A model generated the notes under the pieces. The model had not been told where the DNA came from. It worked only from the letters and a program-made list of their open reading frames with translations, and searched no databases. Shown here one piece after another: positions 1-8,136 of a stretch of DNA of 64,000 nt. This DNA comes from a virus (taxonomy: Duplodnaviria > Caudoviricetes), in the IMG/VR virus record IMGVR_UViG_3300032218_002424, positions 1 through 64,000 of that record; one strand, given 5' to 3'. Numbering within the stretch: the stretch's first letter is position 1; each line of letters begins with the position of its first letter. The translations under genes were made by a program, and so were the position numbers.

Positions 1-6
1 AATATT

Positions 7-92
7 TGTTTAGATAAACGAAAATCCCTTCGGAGGCGGATCCTAGGGGATTTTCTAATGTAAGGGAGAATGGTGGTTCTCAACCAAACACT
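7..92 (-). ncRNA. Candidate structured small RNA or 5' leader
   Basis: Lies downstream of a consensus promoter (127..99). Closing stem 84-90/7-13, hairpin 66-70/77-81, hairpin 20-28/47-55 with inner 32-34/41-43; no convincing ORF within the window. Confidence 0.4.
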
Positions 93-98
93 ACTATA

Positions 99-127
99 AG
101 AATAACATAAGTGTAATTTCTAGTCAA
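99..127 (-). promoter_or_regulatory. Sigma-A/70-type promoter TTGACT-N17-TATTCT with extended TG
   Basis: Reverse complement reads ttgact agaaattacacttatgt tattct. Confidence 0.6.
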
Positions 128-217
128 CTAGATACATGGATGAGCTTCGATAAAATCTACACCATCATCTATATTATGAGTATGTTCTTTAGAACAATCT
201 CCACAACTCTTACACAT
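128..217 (-). CDS. 29-aa Cys/His-rich peptide MCKSCGDCSKEHTHNIDDGVDFIEAHPCI
   Basis: Not in the ORF track; its ATG overlaps the stop of the upstream gene (TAATG) as elsewhere in this genome; CxxCxxC-HxH motif. Confidence 0.55.
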   Translation of the reverse strand: MCKSCGDCSKEHTHNIDDGVDFIEAHPCI

Positions 218-408
218 TAAAAATTTCCAATTGGACAATCAAAGGCGGGATCAGAGTAATAACTCTTTGAATATACATCCAGCATAGTACACTTAACCTC
301 AACAGGATCAAACTCAGTACATGGTATACATATCTCTTGTCTAAATTCTGCTAATAGTGTTCTTTGCAGTTTAGGGTCTAATGGGTTATTAGGGTTTGAT
401 GTCATCAT
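217..408 (-). CDS. Small Cys-containing hypothetical protein (RxxICxxC...C...CPIGxF)
   Basis: ORF track 217..516; start moved to the MM at 408/405, overlapping the end of the previous gene; Cys spacing resembles 13147..13395. Confidence 0.6.
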   Translation of the reverse strand: MMTSNPNNPLDPKLQRTLLAEFRQEICIPCTEFDPVEVKCTMLDVYSKSYYSDPAFDCPIGNF

Positions 409-610
409 TTTCTGAAAGTCCCGCCAATGCTGGATTTGGACCCAGGATTTGCCCTTCTGCATGCATATTGACCACATTCTGCACAAGATCAGGGTTCTCT
501 GTAATTCCTGTTGCAATGATGGTCATAATGTCATAGATTCGGGCTAACTGGATATATGTAGCCATTGCTAAATTATCTTCGATATTTTCTTTATTTACTT
601 CTTCTGACAT
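389..610 (-). CDS. Hypothetical protein, 73 aa
   Basis: ATG with purine-rich RBS, downstream of the TGCTATAAT promoter at 695..687. Confidence 0.7.
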   Translation of the reverse strand: MSEEVNKENIEDNLAMATYIQLARIYDIMTIIATGITENPDLVQNVVNMHAEGQILGPNPALAGLSENDDIKP

Positions 611-686
611 TTCTCGCCTCTTCGTAATATTTTCTTAAATGACCCCGCACATATTTATGTGAGGCTAAATGCTTTCTTATCTTTCT

Positions 687-695
687 ATTATAGCA
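687..695 (-). promoter_or_regulatory. Extended -10 promoter TGCTATAAT
   Basis: Plus strand attatagca; same motif recurs in many intergenic regions. Confidence 0.6.
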
Positions 696-712
696 AATGG
701 ATGAATTAATGG

Positions 713-744
713 AAAGTGCTTCTACGCCGCCGAGCACTTTTTTT
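713..744. terminator. Hairpin AAAGTGCT-N12-AGCACTTT with T-tract; probable terminator
   Basis: 8-bp inverted repeat in the intergenic region downstream of 765..1547. Confidence 0.5.
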
Positions 745-764
745 CGCACTAATTTAGGCTCATA

Positions 765-1547
765 TTAAATAGATTCGTATGTTCCAGATATATAGAAATA
801 GTCTGCAGTAGCTGGAGATGTAGGATATGTATGATTCATAGGATTTTCATTTCCGCTTCCTGCTGAATGCCATAAAGACATTGTTGTTGAGTTTGCAACA
901 GCATGTACTGATAATTCATAATTAGCACCAGTTGCATCTTTTTTGTATAAAGCATTTCTGAATACATAATCTGCTGCTGGGGCAAATGGAAGAGTTATAT
1001 AATATTGATTTCCATTTCCAGTTCCAAATGCTGTAAATGTTGCATAGGAAACTCTTATTCTAAAGTTTACTAGCTTTCCCTGCTTCATGTATGATCCTGT
1101 TGCGGGAGTTCCTGTAAAAGCCATTTGAGTTGATCCGCCAGCACTTGAAATTACAGGATTGTACGCTGTAGGTGTTGGAGCATTTAATGAAGCAATATCT
1201 GGCTTATTAAGAATTTGTGCTTTGCCTGTTGTTGCATTCCAATCAGCATTTACTTGAGCAACTGCTGCAGTTGTTTGTAAGGTATTATCATTAAATGTTA
1301 AATTGGTGACTTTAACATTGGCAAGTTGTGCCTGTGCAACTCCGTCAATTTTAAATACACCATTGTCTACAGAAATTGCAGCATCTGCATTTGTTGTAAT
1401 ATCTGTAATGTAGAGGGTTCCTTGACCAAGGTGGGCACCTTTAAAACGATTTCCAGATTTACCTAAAGAAACTGTATTATCTAGTGTAGGAAGAATATCT
1501 TCTTGAACATTTGCAAAATTAACTGCGGTATTTTTATAGATTGTCAT
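765..1547 (-). CDS. Putative virion fibre protein
   Basis: Fibre motifs ILPTLDNTVSLGKSGNRF and QVNADWNATTGKAQILNKP; C-terminal GSYMKQGKLV...ITLPF...ISGTYE receptor-binding-type domain. Confidence 0.7.
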   Translation of the reverse strand: MTIYKNTAVNFANVQEDILPTLDNTVSLGKSGNRFKGAHLGQGTLYITDITTNADAAISVDNGVFKIDGVAQAQLANVKVTNLTFNDNTLQTTAAVAQVNADWNATTGKAQILNKPDIASLNAPTPTAYNPVISSAGGSTQMAFTGTPATGSYMKQGKLVNFRIRVSYATFTAFGTGNGNQYYITLPFAPAADYVFRNALYKKDATGANYELSVHAVANSTTMSLWHSAGSGNENPMNHTYPTSPATADYFYISGTYESI

Positions 1548-2629
1548 TATGCCCTAGTCATTGTTGTAGAAATTGGTAATGCTGTAATTAGAGGATTTAC
1601 TTTAGTATTTGTTGTTCCACCAACTCCATCTGGCATAAAGAACATTGGACCGTAATAAAGAACTGATCCAGCTACTCCATCAATTGCTCTTCCTGTGCCT
1701 GCAGCTGGAACATTAAATGTTACAAGTCCAGCAAAAGAAACTGAACCAGCTTGCTCCAAAAGAATTCCTGTAGAATTAGCTGCAGTTGTTGTAATTTTTA
1801 CATTTGCCATAGTCAATAAGCTATTTGCATAAACTTCAACACAATATGAGCCAGCAGATTGAAGGTCTGAATTTGTTAGGTTTACAGATGCTCCGCCACT
1901 TACTGAAATAACTGAAGTGCTGACTCCAGAAGTTTCAATAGAGTCTAAACTTGCTGTACCTTTTGTTGCATTTACGCAATGATAATCTCCAGAACCATTA
2001 TGGCTAAACTTAGAATCATTAGCGTGAACAGTTGATCCTCCGCCTGTATTTGTCATTGTAATTCCATGTGCGGCACCATTTACTGTGATCCAGACATCTT
2101 TTAAAAACAGACGTTGTGGATAAGATCCAGAAAAAGTTACTACATCTGTTCCAGATACTCCAACTAACTCAATATTAGATACTGCAAAGTGGTTTTCACT
2201 GATAGATGTGTTTGGTCCTTGAAAAGTTAATGAACCAGTAAACAATAATGGGGCATGTGTTCCAGATGAATTTTCTGCAGTAAGGAAAATATGTCCTTTT
2301 GAAAATGTTACATTTTCTGGTGTTGAGTTACTACTTAGCAAAACAATTGTAATTGGATTACTTGAACTTCCAATGTTTGAGGCTGTTGTGTAAGCTGCCG
2401 CCAATGTCTTGTAGGGAAACTCTCTAGATCCAACTGATGTATAAGAATCAGATCTTAAAAAATCTACATAAATTTTGCTTGTAATTGGAATAACTGGAGT
2501 TGGACCAGTTGCACCCGTATCACCCTTTGGCCCAGGAACAGTGCTAGCAGCACCTTGTGGTCCAGGAATACCTTGTGGTCCAGCGGGACCAGCAACACCA
2601 TCTAAAACGCTATTAGTTACATGAATCAT
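1547..2629 (-). CDS. Collagen-repeat protein with probable parallel beta-helix (pectin-lyase-like) domain
   Basis: G-X-Y repeats GPAGPQGIPGPQG and GPKGDTGATGP; IYVD...GSREFPYKTLAAA cap motif typical of beta-helix starts. Confidence 0.7.
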   Translation of the reverse strand: MIHVTNSVLDGVAGPAGPQGIPGPQGAASTVPGPKGDTGATGPTPVIPITSKIYVDFLRSDSYTSVGSREFPYKTLAAAYTTASNIGSSSNPITIVLLSSNSTPENVTFSKGHIFLTAENSSGTHAPLLFTGSLTFQGPNTSISENHFAVSNIELVGVSGTDVVTFSGSYPQRLFLKDVWITVNGAAHGITMTNTGGGSTVHANDSKFSHNGSGDYHCVNATKGTASLDSIETSGVSTSVISVSGGASVNLTNSDLQSAGSYCVEVYANSLLTMANVKITTTAANSTGILLEQAGSVSFAGLVTFNVPAAGTGRAIDGVAGSVLYYGPMFFMPDGVGGTTNTKVNPLITALPISTTMTRA

Positions 2630-2892
2630 TGTTCAATGATGAATACAGCTAATGTGCATCCATCTTCACCAACCGCATAGATCTTGTCATTAGGCAAAAG
2701 TTCAATCGAGAATGTTTGTCCTGGATAAAGTCTGTGTCCATAGTTTGTTGTAGATACAGATTCATTTCCTAGGTAAGCATATTTTGTAGCTGATACATTT
2801 TGAATTGACAAAGCATTTGGTGTATCTACTTGATCGTCAATAGTTAGTTCTTGTGCAACGTTTGTCATTGCAAGTAATCTTGTTCTTAGCAT
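2626..2892 (-). CDS. Small beta-rich putative virion protein
   Basis: RBS AAGGAG; IQN...YLG...VS...G.RL.PG...IYAV pattern of small phage jelly-roll proteins. Confidence 0.65.
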   Translation of the reverse strand: MLRTRLLAMTNVAQELTIDDQVDTPNALSIQNVSATKYAYLGNESVSTTNYGHRLYPGQTFSIELLPNDKIYAVGEDGCTLAVFIIEQ

Positions 2893-2918
2893 TTTAGCTC
2901 CTTTACCGCCTTAAACTA

Positions 2919-3149
2919 TTATACAGCAGGGTTAACCCTAGAAAGGATTAATTTAATATCTTCTGGAATTTCAGTTGCATTATTAACCCATGTCCAGGGT
3001 CCATATGCAGTTATCTTATCAGCACCCTTATAGACTTGACCAGTCTCTGAATCAATTAATATCCATTTGGAAGGAACTTTTGTTTTTACAGAAAGATGAA
3101 CCGATTGATTATGTTCTAATGCTTCTTCGCCATTTATTAGCTTTCTCAT
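2919..3149 (-). CDS. Hypothetical protein, 76 aa (TKxPxKWxLxDxETGQVYxG)
   Basis: ORF track; ATGA overlap with the upstream gene. Confidence 0.7.
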   Translation of the reverse strand: MRKLINGEEALEHNQSVHLSVKTKVPSKWILIDSETGQVYKGADKITAYGPWTWVNNATEIPEDIKLILSRVNPAV

Positions 3150-3361
3150 AGCAATCCAAATTTCTCAAGGTACCTTAAAACCTTGTCATAAAGTTCAATG
3201 CCTACAAAATTTTTGTAGGAACAATCTAAGCAATAAAGATAAAGTTCATCTTCTAAAGTTAAATTTGGCATCAATAGACTTTGATCTATTGGACAAGTAA
3301 GCGGGGGAACTTTTAATTCCCCCGCCAACTTTTGATACTCAACGATTAATTGTGTTTTAAT
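3146..3361 (-). CDS. Small zinc-ribbon-like protein (CPxD...CxxC); start uncertain (TTG 3328 or ATT 3361)
   Basis: ORF track 3146..3328; frame stays open up to the end of the upstream gene. Confidence 0.65.
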   Translation of the reverse strand: MKTQLIVEYQKLAGELKVPPLTCPIDQSLLMPNLTLEDELYLYCLDCSYKNFVGIELYDKVLRYLEKFGLL

Positions 3362-3371
3362 TCTACTGTCT

Positions 3372-3920
3372 CTATTCTTTTATCATCGTTAAACACTTTG
3401 CAGGAAAATCTTTTAGAAATTCCTTATATCTTACAGTTCCGTAACTAGGCCAAGAACTCCAGTCCTTGCCCGCCTTACTCATCCTATAAACGACCTCTGC
3501 GTTTAAAATGGGGTTAAATAATTTAGAATTGGAAATGAGCCCATATTGTGCTCTTCTGTCCACTCCAAGATACCCAAGCATGTTTACTTGAAAAATCCCG
3601 TATGAGTGATCCCCTGTTCTTAAGTTTCCGTTATAAGCAAGCGGTCTTCCGTTAGACTCTGTCTTTGACACAGCCCACGCTTTTTTTAGAGCCTGACCAT
3701 TAAAGCCAGCAATGCTTAAAACTTCCACTAATTCGCAATCTGTTAAATTCGTTGCCGAACCAAAATAGACTGCTTTTTGTTGCATAATCTCTGACTTGCT
3801 CAAAGACAATGCATTTGCAGGAACAAATGTATGTGTTACAAAAATAGCTGCTACCGCAAACATTACTAATATGGTAGAATTACTAAGTAACTCATACAAA
3901 CGTTTCATACTTTTCTCCAT
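3372..3920 (-). CDS. Secreted or membrane-anchored lytic transglycosylase (SLT/Rpf-like lysozyme fold)
   Basis: N-terminal hydrophobic segment; catalytic ES motif (KTESNG), YGIFQVN and W..W motifs; RBS AAGGAGG 7 nt before ATG 3920. Confidence 0.85.
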   Translation of the reverse strand: MEKSMKRLYELLSNSTILVMFAVAAIFVTHTFVPANALSLSKSEIMQQKAVYFGSATNLTDCELVEVLSIAGFNGQALKKAWAVSKTESNGRPLAYNGNLRTGDHSYGIFQVNMLGYLGVDRRAQYGLISNSKLFNPILNAEVVYRMSKAGKDWSSWPSYGTVRYKEFLKDFPAKCLTMIKE

Positions 3921-3952
3921 TGGCAAAACCTCCTTTAGAGACAGTAAATATA

Positions 3953-3981
3953 ATCTTACAGAATTACAACAACTCTGTCAA
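3953..3981 (-). promoter_or_regulatory. Strong sigma-A-type promoter TTGACA-N17-TAAGAT for the transglycosylase operon
   Basis: Perfect -35 box and 17-bp spacer. Confidence 0.75.
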
Positions 3982-4003
3982 GCCAGTCGACCAGAAAGTT
4001 ATA

Positions 4004-4996
4004 ATGAATATTTCTTATTATACAGTTAAAGCGGGATTAAATCCTGCAGTTGGTTTTGGTTATGCAGGACAAAACATAGTTAAATCATTACAAGAACTTG
4101 GGCATACAGTAAGTTATGCAAATCCAAAAGCTGATCTACAATTAAACTTTACACAACCAGATAATTTTAAGTTTCATAAAAATCAATATCAAATTGGTTA
4201 TACTCCATGGGAATCAACAAAAATTGACAAAGACTGGATTACAAAATTTAATGCATGTGATGAAGTTTGGGCAACTTCTCAATGGACTGCAAATGTTTTT
4301 CAAGATGCAGGTATTGATAAAAAAGTAAAAGTTTACATGCATGGAATTGAAGACATTTGGAAACCAAAACAAAGAATTCAAAGAGATGTTATTAAATTTT
4401 TGCATGTTGGAGAACCTTCACCAAGAAAAGGCGGACAACAAGCTGTAGATACTTTTATTAAGTTGTTTGGAAATAATCCAGATTATCATTTAACTATCAA
4501 GTGCCATCTTAATAATACTATTAGAGTATATACAAATAATAACATATTATCTTTACCTAATATATATAATAATATATCAATTATAACAGAAGAATATGAA
4601 CCTCGTCAACTAGTAAATCTTTTTCACTCTCACGATATACTTTTGTATCCTAGTTGGGGAGAAGGTTTTGGTTTTATCCCGCTTCAAGGTTTAGCAACTG
4701 GAATGCCAGTAATATCAACTTATGATTGGTCACCTTACAAAGAATTTCTTGGACCATTAAAGTTAAAGTCTAAACTTTCAAGTGAAACTTTACCAAAATC
4801 ACTTGGACATACATATGTTGGCGAAATGTACAAGCCAGATCAAGAACATCTTGAGTTTCTTATGTATGATGCAGTTATAAATTTTAAAATGTATTCCGAC
4901 TTTTATTTTTCTCAGTCAACTAGAGTACATGATAAGTTTAATTGGTTGCAGTTGACTAAGAATGCTTTTGCAGATTTGGATAAAAAATTTTCTTAG
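4004..4996 (+). CDS. Glycosyltransferase, GT4/GT-B family
   Basis: YTPWEST, DEVWATS, RKG and PSWGEGFGFIPLQGLATGMPVI motifs; start moved to ATG 4004. Confidence 0.9.
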   Translation: MNISYYTVKAGLNPAVGFGYAGQNIVKSLQELGHTVSYANPKADLQLNFTQPDNFKFHKNQYQIGYTPWESTKIDKDWITKFNACDEVWATSQWTANVFQDAGIDKKVKVYMHGIEDIWKPKQRIQRDVIKFLHVGEPSPRKGGQQAVDTFIKLFGNNPDYHLTIKCHLNNTIRVYTNNNILSLPNIYNNISIITEEYEPRQLVNLFHSHDILLYPSWGEGFGFIPLQGLATGMPVISTYDWSPYKEFLGPLKLKSKLSSETLPKSLGHTYVGEMYKPDQEHLEFLMYDAVINFKMYSDFYFSQSTRVHDKFNWLQLTKNAFADLDKKFS

Positions 4997-4999
4997 CCC

Positions 5000-5028
5000 T
5001 TGCCCTCTAAAAAAACTTTAGGTATACT
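5000..5028 (+). promoter_or_regulatory. Promoter TTGCCC-N17-TATACT upstream of nrdJ
   Basis: Spacing and consensus. Confidence 0.6.
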
Positions 5029-5082
5029 TAGAATCTCAACAAAAAACTATTAACCGTTAAGGTGGAAGCGAGTACTCAAAAA

Positions 5083-7017
5083 ATGTCTAGAACTATTGAA
5101 AACCCATATGAAAACTTCATTGCTTTATCTCGATATGCGAGATGGATCTCTGAAGAAAATCGTCGTGAAACATGGGGAGAAACAGTAGATAGATATTTTG
5201 ACTTTATGTTAAACCATCTTAACGAAAATCATTCGTATGTTCCAGATGCAAAACTTGTTGAAGAGTTAAAGTCTGCAGTATTTAATAGAAGCGTTATGCC
5301 ATCAATGCGTTCTGTTATGACTTCAGGTCCAGCTCTTAGCAGAGACCATGTTGCAGGATATAATTGTTCTTTTGTTCCAGTTGATTCACCAAGATCATTT
5401 GACGAAACAATGTATATCCTTATGTGCGGCACAGGAGTAGGATTTTCTGTTGAATATAAGTATGTTAATAAACTTCCTTCCGTCCCAGAGACTTTTGAAA
5501 AATCAACAACTACAATTGTTGTAGAAGATTCAAAACAAGGTTGGGCAAAAGCATACCGTGAGCTTTTAGCACTCCTTTGGTCTGGTCAAATTCCAGCAAT
5601 TGATGTTTCAAAGCTTCGCCCAGCTGGTGCAAGATTAAAAACTATGGGAGGAAGATCATCAGGTCCTCAACCACTAATTAATCTTTTTGATTTTACAATT
5701 GCAAAGTTTAAATCAGCAGCAGGTCGTCAATTAAAGCCAATTGAGGCACACGATATTATGTGTAAGATTGGAGAGATTGTTGTAGTTGGAGGAGTTCGTC
5801 GTTCTGCAATGATTTCACTTTCAAATATTAATGATATTGAAATGGCAGCCGCAAAATCTGGTAATTGGTGGGAAAGCAATTCTCAACGTGCATTATCAAA
5901 TAATTCTGTTGCGTATTCCCGCAAACCAGACATGGAGCAATTTATTGCAGAGTGGAAATCTTTATATGATTCTAAGTCAGGCGAAAGAGGCATCTACAAT
6001 GTGGCAGCAGCCCAAAAGCAAGCAGCGAAATATGGTCTTCGTGATCCAGAAATTCATTACGGAACAAATCCTTGCTCGGAAATCATTCTCCGTCCTTATC
6101 AGTTTTGTAATCTTTCAGAAGTCGTATTACGTGAAAAAGATACAGTTGAAGATGTATCAAACAAAGTACGCCTTGCAACAATTCTTGGAACATGGCAATC
6201 AACATTAACAGATTTTAAGTATCTTCGTAAAATTTGGAAAGACAATACAGAAGAAGAAAGACTTCTAGGAGTCTCACTTACTGGACAATTTGGTCATAAG
6301 TTCTTTTCTGGTAAAGAAGGATTAGATAAACTTGAGTCAGCTCTTAATGGTCTTCGTGAATATGCAAGAGATGTAAATTCTAAAGAGGCTGGGAAAATTG
6401 GGATTCCTGAGTCTGCCGCAATTACTTGTGTGAAGCCTTCTGGCACCGTGTCTCAATTGGTCGGGGTATCTTCAGGAATGCATCCATGGCATTCACAATA
6501 TTACACACGTACAGTACGTGGAGACAAAAAAGATCCACTTTCAACATTCCTTAAAGAAGTTGGAATTCCAGTGGAAGATGATGTTATGAAGCCAGATGAC
6601 ACTTATGTATTTTCATTTCCAGTAAAAGCACCCGAAGGTGCAATTCTTAGAAATGATTTAACGGCGTTGGAACATCTTGATACATGGTTAGTTTATCAAC
6701 GTGCATGGTGTGAGCATAAGCCTTCAATTACAGTTTCTGTAAAAGAAGAAGAGTGGATGGAAGTGGGTGCTTGGGTTTATAAGCATTTTGATGAAGTATC
6801 AGGAATTTCATTCCTTCCTTATTCTGATCATACATATAAGCAAGCTCCATATCAAGAAACAACAGAGGTTGAATATTTGGAGTTATTGGCTAAAATGCCA
6901 TCTAATATTCGTTGGGAAGATTTGTCTTTTTATGAGACAGAAGACGGAACCAGCGGAACACAAACACTCGCCTGTACATCTGACGGGAATTGTGAGATTG
7001 TAGATATTTCTGCCTAG
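5083..7017 (+). CDS. nrdJ: Class II (adenosylcobalamin-dependent) ribonucleotide reductase, monomeric RTPR type
   Basis: YNCSF, GTGVGFS, VVGGVRRSA, TNPCSEI, TCVKPSGTVSQL, WCEHKPSITV and C-terminal CxxxxxC; no beta subunit nearby; no intein seen. Confidence 0.93.
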   Translation: MSRTIENPYENFIALSRYARWISEENRRETWGETVDRYFDFMLNHLNENHSYVPDAKLVEELKSAVFNRSVMPSMRSVMTSGPALSRDHVAGYNCSFVPVDSPRSFDETMYILMCGTGVGFSVEYKYVNKLPSVPETFEKSTTTIVVEDSKQGWAKAYRELLALLWSGQIPAIDVSKLRPAGARLKTMGGRSSGPQPLINLFDFTIAKFKSAAGRQLKPIEAHDIMCKIGEIVVVGGVRRSAMISLSNINDIEMAAAKSGNWWESNSQRALSNNSVAYSRKPDMEQFIAEWKSLYDSKSGERGIYNVAAAQKQAAKYGLRDPEIHYGTNPCSEIILRPYQFCNLSEVVLREKDTVEDVSNKVRLATILGTWQSTLTDFKYLRKIWKDNTEEERLLGVSLTGQFGHKFFSGKEGLDKLESALNGLREYARDVNSKEAGKIGIPESAAITCVKPSGTVSQLVGVSSGMHPWHSQYYTRTVRGDKKDPLSTFLKEVGIPVEDDVMKPDDTYVFSFPVKAPEGAILRNDLTALEHLDTWLVYQRAWCEHKPSITVSVKEEEWMEVGAWVYKHFDEVSGISFLPYSDHTYKQAPYQETTEVEYLELLAKMPSNIRWEDLSFYETEDGTSGTQTLACTSDGNCEIVDISA

Positions 7018-7026
7018 TGGTAGAAT
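7018..7026 (+). promoter_or_regulatory. Extended -10 TGGTAGAAT before the holin, followed by hairpin GGGAC-AAA-GTCCC
   Basis: Recurrent motif. Confidence 0.5.
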
Positions 7027-7061
7027 ATTGTTAGGGACAAAGTCCCAAAAGGAGAAAATAT

Positions 7062-7253
7062 ATGAATAAGCAATTACAAGCAGCACTTGCATCATATGCA
7101 CGTACTGCAGTATCAGCAGGAATCGCTATGTATATGGCTGGGCACACAGATGCTAAGTCAATTGGAATGGCAGCACTCGGTGCAGTTGCAGGTCCATTAC
7201 TACGTGCATTAAATCCAAAGGACGGATCTTTTGGAATCGGTGCTACTAAGTAA
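7062..7253 (+). CDS. Putative holin (small two-TM actinophage type)
   Basis: 63 aa, two hydrophobic helices, SYART...LRALNPKD..FG; RBS AAGGAG. Confidence 0.7.
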   Translation: MNKQLQAALASYARTAVSAGIAMYMAGHTDAKSIGMAALGAVAGPLLRALNPKDGSFGIGATK

Positions 7254-7273
7254 TTAACAAATACTTTAGAACG

Positions 7274-7305
7274 GCCTCTATGATAAAATGAGCATAGAGG
7301 CTTTT
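7274..7305 (+). terminator. Intrinsic terminator GCCTCTATG-N10-CATAGAGGC-TTTT with TGATAAAAT embedded
   Basis: 9-bp perfect stem plus T-tract. Confidence 0.7.
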
Positions 7306-7327
7306 CTATTTATATAAGGTGGTAATT

Positions 7328-7678
7328 GTGGCTGCAACCAAAAATTTTGATGTTGATCAAAACGCTACTTTTTCATTTTATGTAGAATATAAAGATTCTC
7401 TAGATAATCCAATTGATTTAACTGGAGCAACTGCTAAAATGCAGGTTAGAGATTTAAAAGGTGGAAAGCAATTAGTTGCTACTGTTTCAACACCACATTC
7501 AAGTGGAATTACTATTGATGGTCCAAATGGCATTGTTAATGTTGTAATCCCCGCCGCTTCTACAAATAAATTTATTTATCCAAAATCAGCCTATGACCTT
7601 GTAATTACAGATACAAATGGAAATAAAATTAGACTGCTTGAAGGATTTTTGACTCTCAATAGATCGGTAACAATTTAA
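7328..7678 (+). CDS. Virion structural protein (BppU-N/Ig-like adaptor)
   Basis: DQNATF...PIDLTGATAKMQVR...YDL...RLLEG motif; GTG start with RBS AAGGTGG. Confidence 0.75.
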   Translation: MAATKNFDVDQNATFSFYVEYKDSLDNPIDLTGATAKMQVRDLKGGKQLVATVSTPHSSGITIDGPNGIVNVVIPAASTNKFIYPKSAYDLVITDTNGNKIRLLEGFLTLNRSVTI

Positions 7679-8121
7679 TGGCAGAAAAAGTAGTTGTTCA
7701 TGAAACTGTAAATCAAGTAGTAGTTGGTTCTGCTGGTCTGCAAGGTCCAAGAGGTCGCACCATTCTTAATGGTCACGGAGTTCCAGCCCCAGGACTTGGT
7801 TTAGCAGGAGATTTTTATTATGATAAAGATACAACCAGATTTTATGGTCCCAAAGAAGTAGATACAACATGGACTGGTGTTACCAGCTATTTACTTTATA
7901 CAGAAACAGCATTGAGATATCCATGGGAGCTTTCTCAAGTTACTGGCCCAGTAAATGGAATATATTCTTTAAGAATAGAACACAATTTACATTTTCAGCC
8001 AAATGTTACTGTTAAATCTAGTACAGGCGACGTATTAGAGACGGGAATAGACTATAATAGTATTGATGTCTTGACACTAACAATGTCACAGGCATTTTCT
8101 GGGACAGCTTACCTGTCTTAA
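7678..8121 (+). CDS. Putative virion fibre protein
   Basis: GLQGPRG, GxP...GDFYYD...FYGPK and HNL..P.V...F.SGTAYLS motifs. Confidence 0.7.
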   Translation: MAEKVVVHETVNQVVVGSAGLQGPRGRTILNGHGVPAPGLGLAGDFYYDKDTTRFYGPKEVDTTWTGVTSYLLYTETALRYPWELSQVTGPVNGIYSLRIEHNLHFQPNVTVKSSTGDVLETGIDYNSIDVLTLTMSQAFSGTAYLS

Positions 8122-8136
8122 AAGGAGATAAAACAG

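Noticed and set aside
3920-4003. Longer N-terminus for the glycosyltransferase
   Set aside because: Overlaps the divergent gene's start, RBS and promoter; ATG 4004 is more plausible
5083-7017. Intein or intron in nrdJ
   Set aside because: Length and motifs are contiguous; no splicing or homing-endonuclease motifs seen
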